Assembly (NCBI GenBank): GCA_009843865.1
Contig: VYCQ01000002.1
Location: 15,315-79,314, forward strand
DNA from: Acidimicrobiia bacterium
GTDB lineage: Bacteria; Actinomycetota; Acidimicrobiia; Acidimicrobiales; Bin134
Direction of reading: 5' to 3'
Length of the DNA: 64,000 nucleotides
The notes under the pieces were generated by a model, which saw only the letters and a list, made by a program, of their open reading frames with translations, ran no database searches and was not told the DNA's origin. The number at the start of each line of letters is the position of its first letter. Positions within the stretch are counted from its first letter, which is position 1. The translations under genes and the position numbers were made by a program. Positions 42,144-51,210 of this stretch are shown one piece after another.

Positions 42144-42271
42144 CTTGTCGTGGGATGCCAGATCATTTTGATTTCGCAAAATGCGTCCACCTTTCTTGAG
42201 TTCATCTTTCTCGGTTACATCTGCGATTGCTTTTTTAATTTCGAGGGGCCTTTTGCCTACTATTAGAAAAC

Positions 42272-42296
42272 TAGACAACAAATTTAGACAACAATT
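42272..42296. promoter_or_regulatory. Tandem TAGACAACAA(A)TT direct repeat in the divergent promoter region before the LysM gene
   Basis: TAGACAACAAATT then TAGACAACAATT, about 20 nt upstream of GGGGAGG and the ATG at 42317. Confidence 0.35.
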
Positions 42297-42316
42297 CTCA
42301 CAGGGGAGGTGTAACC

Positions 42317-42844
42317 ATGCGCCCACAACGAATATTAGTAGTGGTATTGATGTTGGCAGTGATGAGCTTTGGGTGCGGAGGAGGCAGTGAAACTACTTCA
42401 GAAGAACGGCCATTAGGCACAGATGTGGTGGAACAAACCTCCATCCCGATACCAACCGTGGCACCTCCCCCTCCTACCCCGTCGCCCACTCCTGAACCAT
42501 TCATTTACGTAGTACGTGAAGGCGACACATTGGGCGGGATCGCTGAAGAGTTTGGCACTAGCTTAGACGCGATCATTGCTGTGAATAACTTGATAGATCC
42601 CAATGCTTTAAGAATCGGTCAGCAAGTTGAGATTCCCCAAGAGGTACCAGTTTTGTTGAACAGTGATGGCACCGTACGTCCCGGAGAACGAACCCACATT
42701 GTGCAAGAGGGCGAAACCCTACTAGAAATTGCCCTTAAATACGACAAAACCCTTGATGAGATAACGAGTGCTAACAACATTACCACGGCTGCTCTAATCC
42801 AAATCGGCCAAGCGCTCATCATCCCCGCCAGCGAAGAGGAATAG
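42317..42844 (+). CDS. Lipoprotein with two LysM peptidoglycan-binding domains
   Basis: Signal peptide with an SFGC lipobox. YVVREGDTLGGIAEEFGTSLDAIIAVNNL and HIVQEGETLLEIALKYDKTLDEITSANNI are LysM repeats. Confidence 0.88.
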   Translation: MRPQRILVVVLMLAVMSFGCGGGSETTSEERPLGTDVVEQTSIPIPTVAPPPPTPSPTPEPFIYVVREGDTLGGIAEEFGTSLDAIIAVNNLIDPNALRIGQQVEIPQEVPVLLNSDGTVRPGERTHIVQEGETLLEIALKYDKTLDEITSANNITTAALIQIGQALIIPASEEE

Positions 42845-42911
42845 CCTCTGCCAACTAACAGGCATCAGGGTATCCACATATTCAACTATAGGTGCTTCTA
42901 GTGTGTGTGCT

Positions 42912-43124
42912 ATGGCTAGCTTGGCTCGGACATGGTTCTCGCGGACTTGGTTCCTCAGCTCTCGGACGCGTCGCAAGACCACCATGTGGTGCTCTCACTG
43001 TGACGTAACATGGTGGGGAACTACCCGCGACACCTGCTGGTTGTGCCATCAGCACACTACAACTACCCCGGCACCTAACGCTGATGTGCGCGTGCTGACT
43101 GCGAGCACCACTGCCAACATGTGA
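42912..43124 (+). CDS. Cys/Trp-rich mini-protein with CxxC..CxxC (zinc-ribbon-like), hypothetical
   Basis: MWCSHCDVTWWGTTRDTCWLCHQH core. The start is uncertain (GTG 42903, ATG 42912 or ATG 42984). The stop lies 6 nt before the GTG of the next ORF. Confidence 0.4.
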   Translation: MASLARTWFSRTWFLSSRTRRKTTMWCSHCDVTWWGTTRDTCWLCHQHTTTTPAPNADVRVLTASTTANM

Positions 43125-43130
43125 ACGCCT

Positions 43131-44057
43131 GTGCTAGCGATTCCTATCTTCATCATCACAAGCTGCTTGCTTGTTGTGGCAGCCATCGCCTATGCCACCC
43201 GCAGCAAAAAGACATCATGGGACAAAATACCAAGGGACACAACATCACGAGATATTGTGACTAAGCTGCCAAACCTAAGCCCTAACCCTCAGCTAGCTGT
43301 CGTCACCAACTCAGATCAAAGCCCAGATACAAGCCATAGCAACTCGCAGGAAACTAACCCTCAAAACGCGAGAAAGACAAACACCACAGCCACCTCAGAG
43401 CTTTCTCAAAACCGCGAAGCGCTTCACCGCTGGCACGTACGTCATGAACAAACCGTGTCCAATTGGATCACCAACCATCAAACAATGCTCACAGATATCA
43501 AAGCTTCAGATCTGCAAATCCAAATGGACAAGCGCAAAGAGATGCTGGCAAACAACGAGCTGCTAACCCCCAAGATGCGCGAGGCCATAGCCAGCCACCC
43601 TTCGCCTATGATGCGTGCCAAGTTAAGTGCAATGCATGTGTCTGCTGAAGCTTGCCTGTTCGCCGTGTTCAAGAGCGACTACATCTCGGCCCGCCGCCAG
43701 CACCTTATATACGTGCAGTATCGAGATGAGTGGATTAAGCAAATACACCAATTCTGCACAGTCCCGATAAATAGCCTCCCGATAAATAGCTTGCACTCTG
43801 CAATGCAGACAGATGAGTTTGAATTAGACGAAATCAGAGATGCTCTAGAAGATGCGTTATCGCAATCCACCACGCCCCCCATTAACCCACCGAGATACGA
43901 GGCTCCGCTACTGCTACGAGACGAGCACTCTGCGCTAACATCGCTTGCAGAACAAAGCGAACATGTGGCTCAAGCAGCCGATGGCAACCCCAAACATTCC
44001 ATTGCTGAACTAGAAGGTGGTCGCATTCGCCGCCTCTTGCGAAGCATTACCTCATAG
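43131..44057 (+). CDS. N-terminally membrane-anchored hypothetical protein
   Basis: One TM helix (IPIFIITSCLLVVAAIAYA), then a polar linker and a helical domain. No recognisable motif. Contains an in-frame 15-nt duplication (PINSLPINSL). Confidence 0.5.
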   Translation: MLAIPIFIITSCLLVVAAIAYATRSKKTSWDKIPRDTTSRDIVTKLPNLSPNPQLAVVTNSDQSPDTSHSNSQETNPQNARKTNTTATSELSQNREALHRWHVRHEQTVSNWITNHQTMLTDIKASDLQIQMDKRKEMLANNELLTPKMREAIASHPSPMMRAKLSAMHVSAEACLFAVFKSDYISARRQHLIYVQYRDEWIKQIHQFCTVPINSLPINSLHSAMQTDEFELDEIRDALEDALSQSTTPPINPPRYEAPLLLRDEHSALTSLAEQSEHVAQAADGNPKHSIAELEGGRIRRLLRSITS

Positions 44058-44173
44058 ATCAGAACCTCATAGATCAGGGCAATTTAATCAAGCTTCGTTA
44101 ACAACGATAGACTGCGATACAACGCGACTTGACATAATCAATCGAACAGTCAAACCTGCGCAAGGAGCAGCCA

Positions 44174-44800
44174 ATGGCGATCCAACTAGGCGATATCGCC
44201 CCCGATTTCACCGCCGACACCACCGAGGGAACCATTTCCTTTCACGATTGGAAGGGCATCTCTTGGGCAGTGTTGTTCTCGCACCCTAAAGACTTCACCC
44301 CAGTTTGCACCACCGAATTGGGCTACACCGCCCGACTCGCTGAAGATTTTGCTCAACGCAACGTTAAGGTGATCGGCTTATCATGCGATTCAGTGCAAGA
44401 CCACCTAGCTTGGTCGCAAGACATTGAAGACACTCAGGGTATCCGCCCCAACTTCCCGATGATCGCCGACCCCAACCGCACCGTGGCCAACCTGTACGAC
44501 ATGATCCACCCCAACGCTAGCGACACCATGACCGTTCGCTCGGTGTTCGTAATAGCCCCCGATAACACAGTCAAGCTGACCATCACCTATCCGGCCAGCA
44601 CCGGACGGAACTTCGATGAAGTGCTACGGGTGATCGACTCGCTTCAACTCACTGCTACTAAAAAAGTTGCCACCCCTGTGAATTGGAAACAAGGTGATGA
44701 TGTAATCATCCTACCAGCACTATCTAATGAAGAAGCCGCGGAACTATTCCCCAATGGTTGGGATGAACAAAAGCCTTACCTGCGAGTAGTGTCTCAATGA
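44174..44800 (+). CDS. 1-Cys peroxiredoxin (Prx6 subfamily)
   Basis: FSHPKDFTPVCTTEL active site. No resolving Cys motif. 208 aa. Confidence 0.93.
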   Translation: MAIQLGDIAPDFTADTTEGTISFHDWKGISWAVLFSHPKDFTPVCTTELGYTARLAEDFAQRNVKVIGLSCDSVQDHLAWSQDIEDTQGIRPNFPMIADPNRTVANLYDMIHPNASDTMTVRSVFVIAPDNTVKLTITYPASTGRNFDEVLRVIDSLQLTATKKVATPVNWKQGDDVIILPALSNEEAAELFPNGWDEQKPYLRVVSQ

Positions 44801-44863
44801 TGACTTTTGCCGACAAGAGCCTGACGTACACCATCTGACATACACCAAAGGAGAACTGTCTAT

Positions 44864-45694
44864 ATGAACGAAGCGTCTACTATGGCTAACGAAACCATAG
44901 CCGCCGCCCGTGCGATAGGAGCAGTCAAGATCTACGGTTCGGGCGAAACCGAAGTTCGAGCGATAGACAACATTGACATCACCTTCGAAAAGGGCAAGTT
45001 CACCACTATCATGGGCCCGTCAGGGTCAGGCAAGTCAACGCTCATGCATTGCATGGCCGCACTTGACAACCTCACCGAAGGCGAGACCTACATAGGCGAC
45101 ACCAACCTGAGCAGCCTGAGCGACAAGGAACTCACCTTGCTGCGCCGCGACCGTGTGGGTTTCGTCTTTCAGGCGTTCAACCTGGTGCCCACGTTGAACG
45201 CTATCGAAAACATTACCCTGCCCATGGACTTAGCCCGGTGTCAACCCGACCAAGCATGGGTAGACAACGTGATCTCCACCGTAGGGCTAAGCGACCGTCT
45301 ACACCACCGGCCCAGCGAACTGTCTGGAGGCCAACAACAACGAGTGGCCGTGTCAAGGGCGCTGGCCAGCAAACCAGAGATCATCTTCGCAGACGAACCA
45401 ACCGGCAACCTTGACTCTCGCTCTGGTGCTGATGTGCTCAACTTCATGCGCAATGCGGTTAACGATTTGGGGCAGACCGTTGTAATGGTTACCCACGATG
45501 CCAAAGCAGCATCGCATGCAGACCGAACCATTTTTTTGGCAGATGGCCAAGTCCAAGGCGAAATGCTCAACCCTACAGCCGAGGAGGTGCTTGATTACAT
45601 GAAAATCCTGCAAGTTGGAAAGTTCGTAAAGAGTGCATCAGAGGAAATCAAAGTGGAAGAAGTCTTGGAATACATAAAGGACCTAGACGAATAG
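44864..45694 (+). CDS. ABC transporter ATP-binding protein (MacB/LolD/FtsE-like)
   Basis: [35 protein letters not shown] and VTHD. An unusual roughly 45-aa C-terminal tail with an internal diverged duplication (EEVLDYMKIL / EEVLEYIKDL). Confidence 0.93.
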   Translation: MNEASTMANETIAAARAIGAVKIYGSGETEVRAIDNIDITFEKGKFTTIMGPSGSGKSTLMHCMAALDNLTEGETYIGDTNLSSLSDKELTLLRRDRVGFVFQAFNLVPTLNAIENITLPMDLARCQPDQAWVDNVISTVGLSDRLHHRPSELSGGQQQRVAVSRALASKPEIIFADEPTGNLDSRSGADVLNFMRNAVNDLGQTVVMVTHDAKAASHADRTIFLADGQVQGEMLNPTAEEVLDYMKILQVGKFVKSASEEIKVEEVLEYIKDLDE

Positions 45695-45754
45695 AGGTGA
45701 GACGATCCAATAATCCTCAGCGTCGATGCCCTAGCATAAGCAGCTAGCAAACAA

Positions 45755-48328
45755 ATGACCCTCTGGCGATACAGCCTCCGAAGCATCGCTGGCATCAAAA
45801 TTAGGTTCGCGCTCACAACCCTCACCTTGATCATCGGCGTGGCCCTCACCGTCGGTTCTCTAATCATCACCGACGGCCTCCAATCCTCTCTAAACGACTT
45901 ATCGGGCCGCATATATGAAAAATGGGACTTCACCGTTCGCGCTGCCTCCCAAGTCGGCGACCGCAACGAAGGTGTGCCCCTGCTACCTGAATCGTTGGTG
46001 GATGAACTCGCAGCGATAGATGAAATTGAGGCAATCACAGGGTTAGCACAAGAGTTCAACACCGTTGCCATTGACAGCGACGGCAACGCCTTGGACCGCG
46101 GCTTAAGACGTCAAATTGGCTATGGCTGGCCCGAGGATGCGTCGCTCAGTACTATCTACGTTTATGACGACGGCATAAGCCGACGGCCTAATGGACCCGA
46201 TGAGTTCGCGATTGATCATCACACAGGCCGAGACAACGGTTTCATAATCGGCCAACGCTACGATGTGGCCACTCCCACCGGCACCTTCAACTTCGAATTG
46301 GTGGGCTACTTGTATTTCATTGATCCTGAGACCAAAACCGCGCTTCAGACCGTCTCATGGGACATGCAAACCACCCGACAGCTTCTACACGACGGAGGCG
46401 GCTACGATCTCATTCCCGGCAGGCTGGCACCCGGGGCATCCTATGAACAGGTAGTGGCGGCTATCAAAGATCGCCTAGGCACCGATATCGAAGTTGTATC
46501 CCAACAGAAACAAGCAAATGAAACCAACGCAGAATTTGCCGAAGGTATCGACCTCATGCGCAACTTTCTGCTGCTTTTCGCCTTCATCATCTTATTCATG
46601 TCGGCGTTCATTGCTTATAACACATTCACCCTCGTCATGGGACAACGTGTTAGAGAGTTGGGATTGCTGCGGGTTCTCGGCGGAGGCCGAGGTCAAGTTG
46701 CCCGAGTGGTAGCAGCCGAAGCTCTGATGGTGGGGATAGTAGCTACCATCTTGGGGTTCGGCCTAGGCATCTTGGTAGCCCTTGGCTTGCGCGGCTTAAT
46801 AGAAGCCTCCGCTGGCGGCCTACCCACACCCGATTTGGTCATCAACGTATGGGCCTTTGTTGCCGCGGTGATCGTCGGGGTTGGTGTGGCCATGGTCACC
46901 GCCATCTTGCCAACGATACGAGCTCGTCGAATTACCCCCATGGTAGCGCTGGCCGATAATCCCGAAATCAATCTTTTCCAGCGTCGTCGTTCGACAATCT
47001 TTGGCTCAATAACTGGTGGACTGGGGTTAATCTTGATGCTGATCGGCTTGTTTAACAATCTTTCCACCACACTACTTACTCTTCTGCTGAGCTTGGGAGG
47101 ATTGTTGATCCTGTTGGGAATCAACATCTCCACCCCTGCCTTAGCTCGATCAACGTCGCTGTTCTTAGGCTGGCCAGCCGAACGGTTATTCAACATCAAG
47201 GGTCGCTTAGCCCGACTAAACGCGGCTCGCAACCCTCGTCGCACCGCCACTACCGCCTCAGCACTAATAGTCGGCCTAGCCTTGGTATCGCTGGTCACCG
47301 TGCTAGCAACATCGGTTAAACAAACTTTAAACAATCAACTAGAACACTCAATACACGCTGATTGGCTGATCTGCGCCAGCGATTGTGGCAACGAGTTAGG
47401 GCGATTCAGTCAACAGGCCACCCAGATCATGGCAAACATGGCTGAATTGGAATCGGTTATGGCCTACCAATTCCGTCCCGAAGGCGTGCAAGATACCAAC
47501 GGCAACAAACATAAGCTCACAGCCACCGATCTCGACTCCTTCTCTCTCCATCTCGACCCAGACCTTGTTAGCGGCAACCTAAGCGGGACAGGCTCGGGTG
47601 ATGTACTTGTGTATAAGGACCTAGCTGATGATTTAAACCTCGTCGTCGGCGAGAACATGGTGTTGGAATTTCCTGGCCAGCGAGCATCAAGCTTCAACGT
47701 AGTGGCCATCCATAATGAGAAATCAGTAGTCGGCCCCATTGTGATTGATAGCAACGACTGGGATGTGTTCATGACAGGGGGCCAAGACAGCTTAGTTACA
47801 GCAATTACAGCCGCTGGGGTTAACAAAGACTTAGCTCAGGCCCAACTAGCAGCCAACCTCGCTGACTTCCCTCAGCTCACCTTAGAAAACCAGACCGAAT
47901 ACCGCGAGAGCAGAGCCTCTTTGATCGACACCCTGCTAGCAATCATTAACGTGTTCTTGGTTTTCGTGCTGCTCATCGCGGTGGTGGGTATAGCCAACAC
48001 CATGGCCCTGTCGATATTTGAGCGCATCCGCGAGATAGGTCTAGTGAAGGCTATCGGCATGACCAAGTCGCAGATCTGGGGGGCAATCCTCACAGAGAGC
48101 ATCATCGTGGCTGTATTTGGAGGGCTGCTCGGCATCACCACCGGTGTGTTGATTGGATCGCTTGCGGCAACAGCCCTCCCCCACGACATCATCGCCAACC
48201 CATCGGTGCCGTGGGGAACACTAGTGGTCTACCTATTGGTGTCCGCTATAACTGGAATGCTGGCTGCGTACTTCCCTGCCCGAAGAGCTAATCGCCTCAG
48301 CGTAATCGATGCTATCTCTCAGCAATAG
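45755..48328 (+). CDS. ABC transporter permease with two FtsX domains (857 aa)
   Basis: Two MacB-like periplasmic-domain plus FtsX four-helix modules (RELGLLRVLGG.., REIGLVKAIGMT..). Terminal ARRANRLSVIDAI. Confidence 0.88.
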   Translation: MTLWRYSLRSIAGIKIRFALTTLTLIIGVALTVGSLIITDGLQSSLNDLSGRIYEKWDFTVRAASQVGDRNEGVPLLPESLVDELAAIDEIEAITGLAQEFNTVAIDSDGNALDRGLRRQIGYGWPEDASLSTIYVYDDGISRRPNGPDEFAIDHHTGRDNGFIIGQRYDVATPTGTFNFELVGYLYFIDPETKTALQTVSWDMQTTRQLLHDGGGYDLIPGRLAPGASYEQVVAAIKDRLGTDIEVVSQQKQANETNAEFAEGIDLMRNFLLLFAFIILFMSAFIAYNTFTLVMGQRVRELGLLRVLGGGRGQVARVVAAEALMVGIVATILGFGLGILVALGLRGLIEASAGGLPTPDLVINVWAFVAAVIVGVGVAMVTAILPTIRARRITPMVALADNPEINLFQRRRSTIFGSITGGLGLILMLIGLFNNLSTTLLTLLLSLGGLLILLGINISTPALARSTSLFLGWPAERLFNIKGRLARLNAARNPRRTATTASALIVGLALVSLVTVLATSVKQTLNNQLEHSIHADWLICASDCGNELGRFSQQATQIMANMAELESVMAYQFRPEGVQDTNGNKHKLTATDLDSFSLHLDPDLVSGNLSGTGSGDVLVYKDLADDLNLVVGENMVLEFPGQRASSFNVVAIHNEKSVVGPIVIDSNDWDVFMTGGQDSLVTAITAAGVNKDLAQAQLAANLADFPQLTLENQTEYRESRASLIDTLLAIINVFLVFVLLIAVVGIANTMALSIFERIREIGLVKAIGMTKSQIWGAILTESIIVAVFGGLLGITTGVLIGSLAATALPHDIIANPSVPWGTLVVYLLVSAITGMLAAYFPARRANRLSVIDAISQQ

Positions 48329-48337
48329 CTAAAACCC

Positions 48338-51154
48338 TTGAACCTGCTTCGATACACCCTCAAAACCATCGCTGCTACTCGCGTTCGGTTTTTGTTAACC
48401 ATGCTATCCGTGGTCATCGGTGTAGCTTTTACGGTGGGCGTGTTCATCACCACCGACGGATTGCGTTCTACCTTTCGCGATCTGTCAGAAGACATCTACA
48501 GAGGCGTGGATCTCTCGGTACGTGCTGAGACCAATTTTGGCGACCGTGACATCAACGCACCCCTCATAGACCCAAACCTTGTGGAGATAGTGCAATCAAT
48601 TGACGGCGTGGCTGCTGCTGAAGGTGGCGTTACAGAGCTAAACGTGATCGCCATTGACCCCGAAGGCGAACCACTCAGGAGCTTCGGCCCACCTCAGATA
48701 GGCGTGGCCTGGTCTGCTGATCAGCAACTTAGCCAGCTTAGTGTCTGGCCCGATGGCGCTAGTCGTATCCCGATGAAGTCTGATGAATTTGCCATGGATG
48801 CCAACACCGCGCGCGACAACGGCTTTGAAATAGGCCAGCGCTACCGAGTGGCCACTCCAACCGGCACCAAAGAGTTTACCTTAGTAGGGCACTTCCGTTT
48901 TGGAACCGGTAAAGATGCCACTATCGGTGCTCAGATGGTGGCTTGGGATGTAGACACTGCACTGAAAGTGCTGCACGACGGTAACGGTTTCGACAGCATT
49001 GACCTGCGCCTTGAACCTGAGGCCACATCTGCAACAGTTAGCGATGCCTTGACACAAATCTTGCCTCAAGGAGTAGAGGTGGTGTCCAACGAGCAGCTCG
49101 TGGATGAACAAGCCGATGAGTTCAACGAAATCATCGGCTTCTTCCGCAACTTCTTACTGGGGTTCGCCATCGTGATCTTGGTGGTGTCTGCCTTCATCAT
49201 CTACAACACATTCACGATTGTGGTAGGACAGCGCATCCGCGAACTTGGACTGCTGAGAGCTCTCGGCGCTAGCGGTGCTCAGGTGTCTCTGATGGTTATC
49301 GGTGAAGCCCTGGTGGTTGGACTCGCAGCCACTGGAGTGGGTTTAGGGGCTGGAGTGCTTATAGCTTTTGGCCTCCGCGCATTATTCGGAGCTTTTGGTG
49401 CAGACCTGCCAGATACTCCGATCATGTTGCAAGACACCACGATCTTCATTGCGTGCATGATCGGTATTGGGGTAACCATGGTTTCGGCCATCTGGCCAGC
49501 ACTACGTGCCCGCAAAGTGCCTCCAATGGCCGCATTGTCGGCTGATGTGCGATTAAGCGTAACCGATGTACGCCCTGCCCGTCAGCTCGGGTTAATGCTT
49601 TACGGCAGCGGTATGGCCATCATCGTGGCAGGCGTTTTAGCTCAATCCACATGGTTAACTGTGAGCGCAGCTCTGCTGAGCGCCTTGTTGCTTTACAACG
49701 GCGGCTCACGGATTCATCCCACCTTCGGTCGGGCCTCCGTTCTAATTCTGGGAGCTTTGTTATTGGTGGCTGCCATCACCGTCAACTTCTCTACGATCGA
49801 TATTTTGGTGCTATTGGGGATGGGCGCTCTTTTAGTATTTATAGGTGTCAACTTAGTGAGCCCGATCTTCGCTGGTCCGGCGGCGCGCTTTCTAGGCCGC
49901 CTCGCTCCCATGCTGTTGATCTTAGGCATTCCTATCTTGCTGCTGATCGGCTTCGGAGCCATCCTGACGGGCCGCTTCGGCGTATGGCGCAGGTGGGTTA
50001 ACGATCTGATCACCGGGGTCGGCTGGCGCATAGCCCGTCAAAATGCTGCTCGTAGTCCACGACGCACCGCTAGCACAGCCTCAGCTTTAATGATCGGGCT
50101 GGCGTTGGTGTCTATGGTGACGGTGTTAGGCGAATCATTCAAAAAAACCTTAGCTGATGTCTTAGATGATGCGGTTAACTCAGACTGGTTGATATGCGTG
50201 GCAAGCTGCGAAGACCCTGATGCGTCTTTTTCCCCTCAAGCAGCTAACAGTATGGCCGCTTTATCAGAATTAGAGTCGGTGACATCTTATCGATTCCGTT
50301 TTGAGGCGGCCCGCACCACCACCAACCTTGAAGTCCACGACATTGGCTCGGCTGATCTGAGCGTAATTACCCGCCATATTGATCCTGATATTATCGCCGG
50401 TAACGCTCAAGCAGCAGGCGCTGGCCAACTCTTTTTGCACGATGATGAGGCTGCCAAGCTAGATGTGGATGTGGGCGATTCAGTAGAGCTGGAATTTCCA
50501 GGAGGACAAACAGCCTCATTTGAGGTGACTACAGTATTCGCAGACAACACGGTGCTGGGTTCTTGGGTCATTGACCATGCCGACTGGGATCGTTACATAA
50601 CCGGGGATCAAGACCAGCTCATTTTTGCCATCACCGCGCCAGGTTTTACTGCTACCCAAGCGCGGGCAGCCTTAAAAACGATCACCGTTGATTATCCCCA
50701 GCTTGAGGTGCGCAACCAATCTGAGTTCCGAGCCAACCAGGAAAGCAACATTGACAACTTCTTAGTTGTCGTCAACGTTTTCTTAGGCATTTCTCTTATT
50801 GTGGCACTCATGGGCGTTACCAACACTTTGGCTCTTTCAGTTTTTGAACGAACCCGCGAAATCGGGCTGCTAAGGGCTGTGGGCATGTCGCGAGTGCAAA
50901 CTCGACGGTCTATCCGCTGGGAGGGTGCCATCGTTTCAGGTTTTGGTGGGATTATGGGGATGATGATCGGCATCGGGTTCGGGTGGGCTGCGGTGGTCGT
51001 CATTCCTGATAGCTTCATCGCTTCCTTTGCCGTGCCCTGGCCCACCCTCATGATTTATCTATTGCTAGCCGCTGGTGCCGGGCTGCTAGCCGGTTATGTG
51101 CCCGCTCGCAGGGCAAGCCGCCTCAACGTGTTAGAGGCCATCAGTTACGAATAA
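48338..51154 (+). CDS. ABC transporter permease with two FtsX domains (938 aa), paralogue of the preceding gene
   Basis: Same architecture and colinear similarity (NLLRYTLKTIAATRVRF, RELGLLRALGAS, REIGLLRAVGMS, ARRASRLNVLEAI). TTG start 9 nt after the previous stop. Confidence 0.88.
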   Translation: MNLLRYTLKTIAATRVRFLLTMLSVVIGVAFTVGVFITTDGLRSTFRDLSEDIYRGVDLSVRAETNFGDRDINAPLIDPNLVEIVQSIDGVAAAEGGVTELNVIAIDPEGEPLRSFGPPQIGVAWSADQQLSQLSVWPDGASRIPMKSDEFAMDANTARDNGFEIGQRYRVATPTGTKEFTLVGHFRFGTGKDATIGAQMVAWDVDTALKVLHDGNGFDSIDLRLEPEATSATVSDALTQILPQGVEVVSNEQLVDEQADEFNEIIGFFRNFLLGFAIVILVVSAFIIYNTFTIVVGQRIRELGLLRALGASGAQVSLMVIGEALVVGLAATGVGLGAGVLIAFGLRALFGAFGADLPDTPIMLQDTTIFIACMIGIGVTMVSAIWPALRARKVPPMAALSADVRLSVTDVRPARQLGLMLYGSGMAIIVAGVLAQSTWLTVSAALLSALLLYNGGSRIHPTFGRASVLILGALLLVAAITVNFSTIDILVLLGMGALLVFIGVNLVSPIFAGPAARFLGRLAPMLLILGIPILLLIGFGAILTGRFGVWRRWVNDLITGVGWRIARQNAARSPRRTASTASALMIGLALVSMVTVLGESFKKTLADVLDDAVNSDWLICVASCEDPDASFSPQAANSMAALSELESVTSYRFRFEAARTTTNLEVHDIGSADLSVITRHIDPDIIAGNAQAAGAGQLFLHDDEAAKLDVDVGDSVELEFPGGQTASFEVTTVFADNTVLGSWVIDHADWDRYITGDQDQLIFAITAPGFTATQARAALKTITVDYPQLEVRNQSEFRANQESNIDNFLVVVNVFLGISLIVALMGVTNTLALSVFERTREIGLLRAVGMSRVQTRRSIRWEGAIVSGFGGIMGMMIGIGFGWAAVVVIPDSFIASFAVPWPTLMIYLLLAAGAGLLAGYVPARRASRLNVLEAISYE

Positions 51155-51210
51155 GCAGTTAAGAATAACCCGGCCAATGAGTCCTCCTCTCACACAGGTA
51201 CGCTGAGACA

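Noticed and set aside
42144-42326. First 61 codons of the 273-aa NT5C-like track ORF, and likewise 40662..40727 for the HAD gene
   Set aside because: HAD motif I normally lies within about 10 residues of the N-terminus. The extensions are Cys/Leu-rich or repeat-encoded and would overlap the LysM gene start. The HAD extension remains possible because its 15-nt duplication is in frame.
46693-47334. 213-aa minus-strand ORF, along with 45595..46086 and 47464..47826
   Set aside because: All are antisense to the FtsX permease gene. Their Arg/Pro/Ala-rich low-complexity translations point to shadow ORFs.
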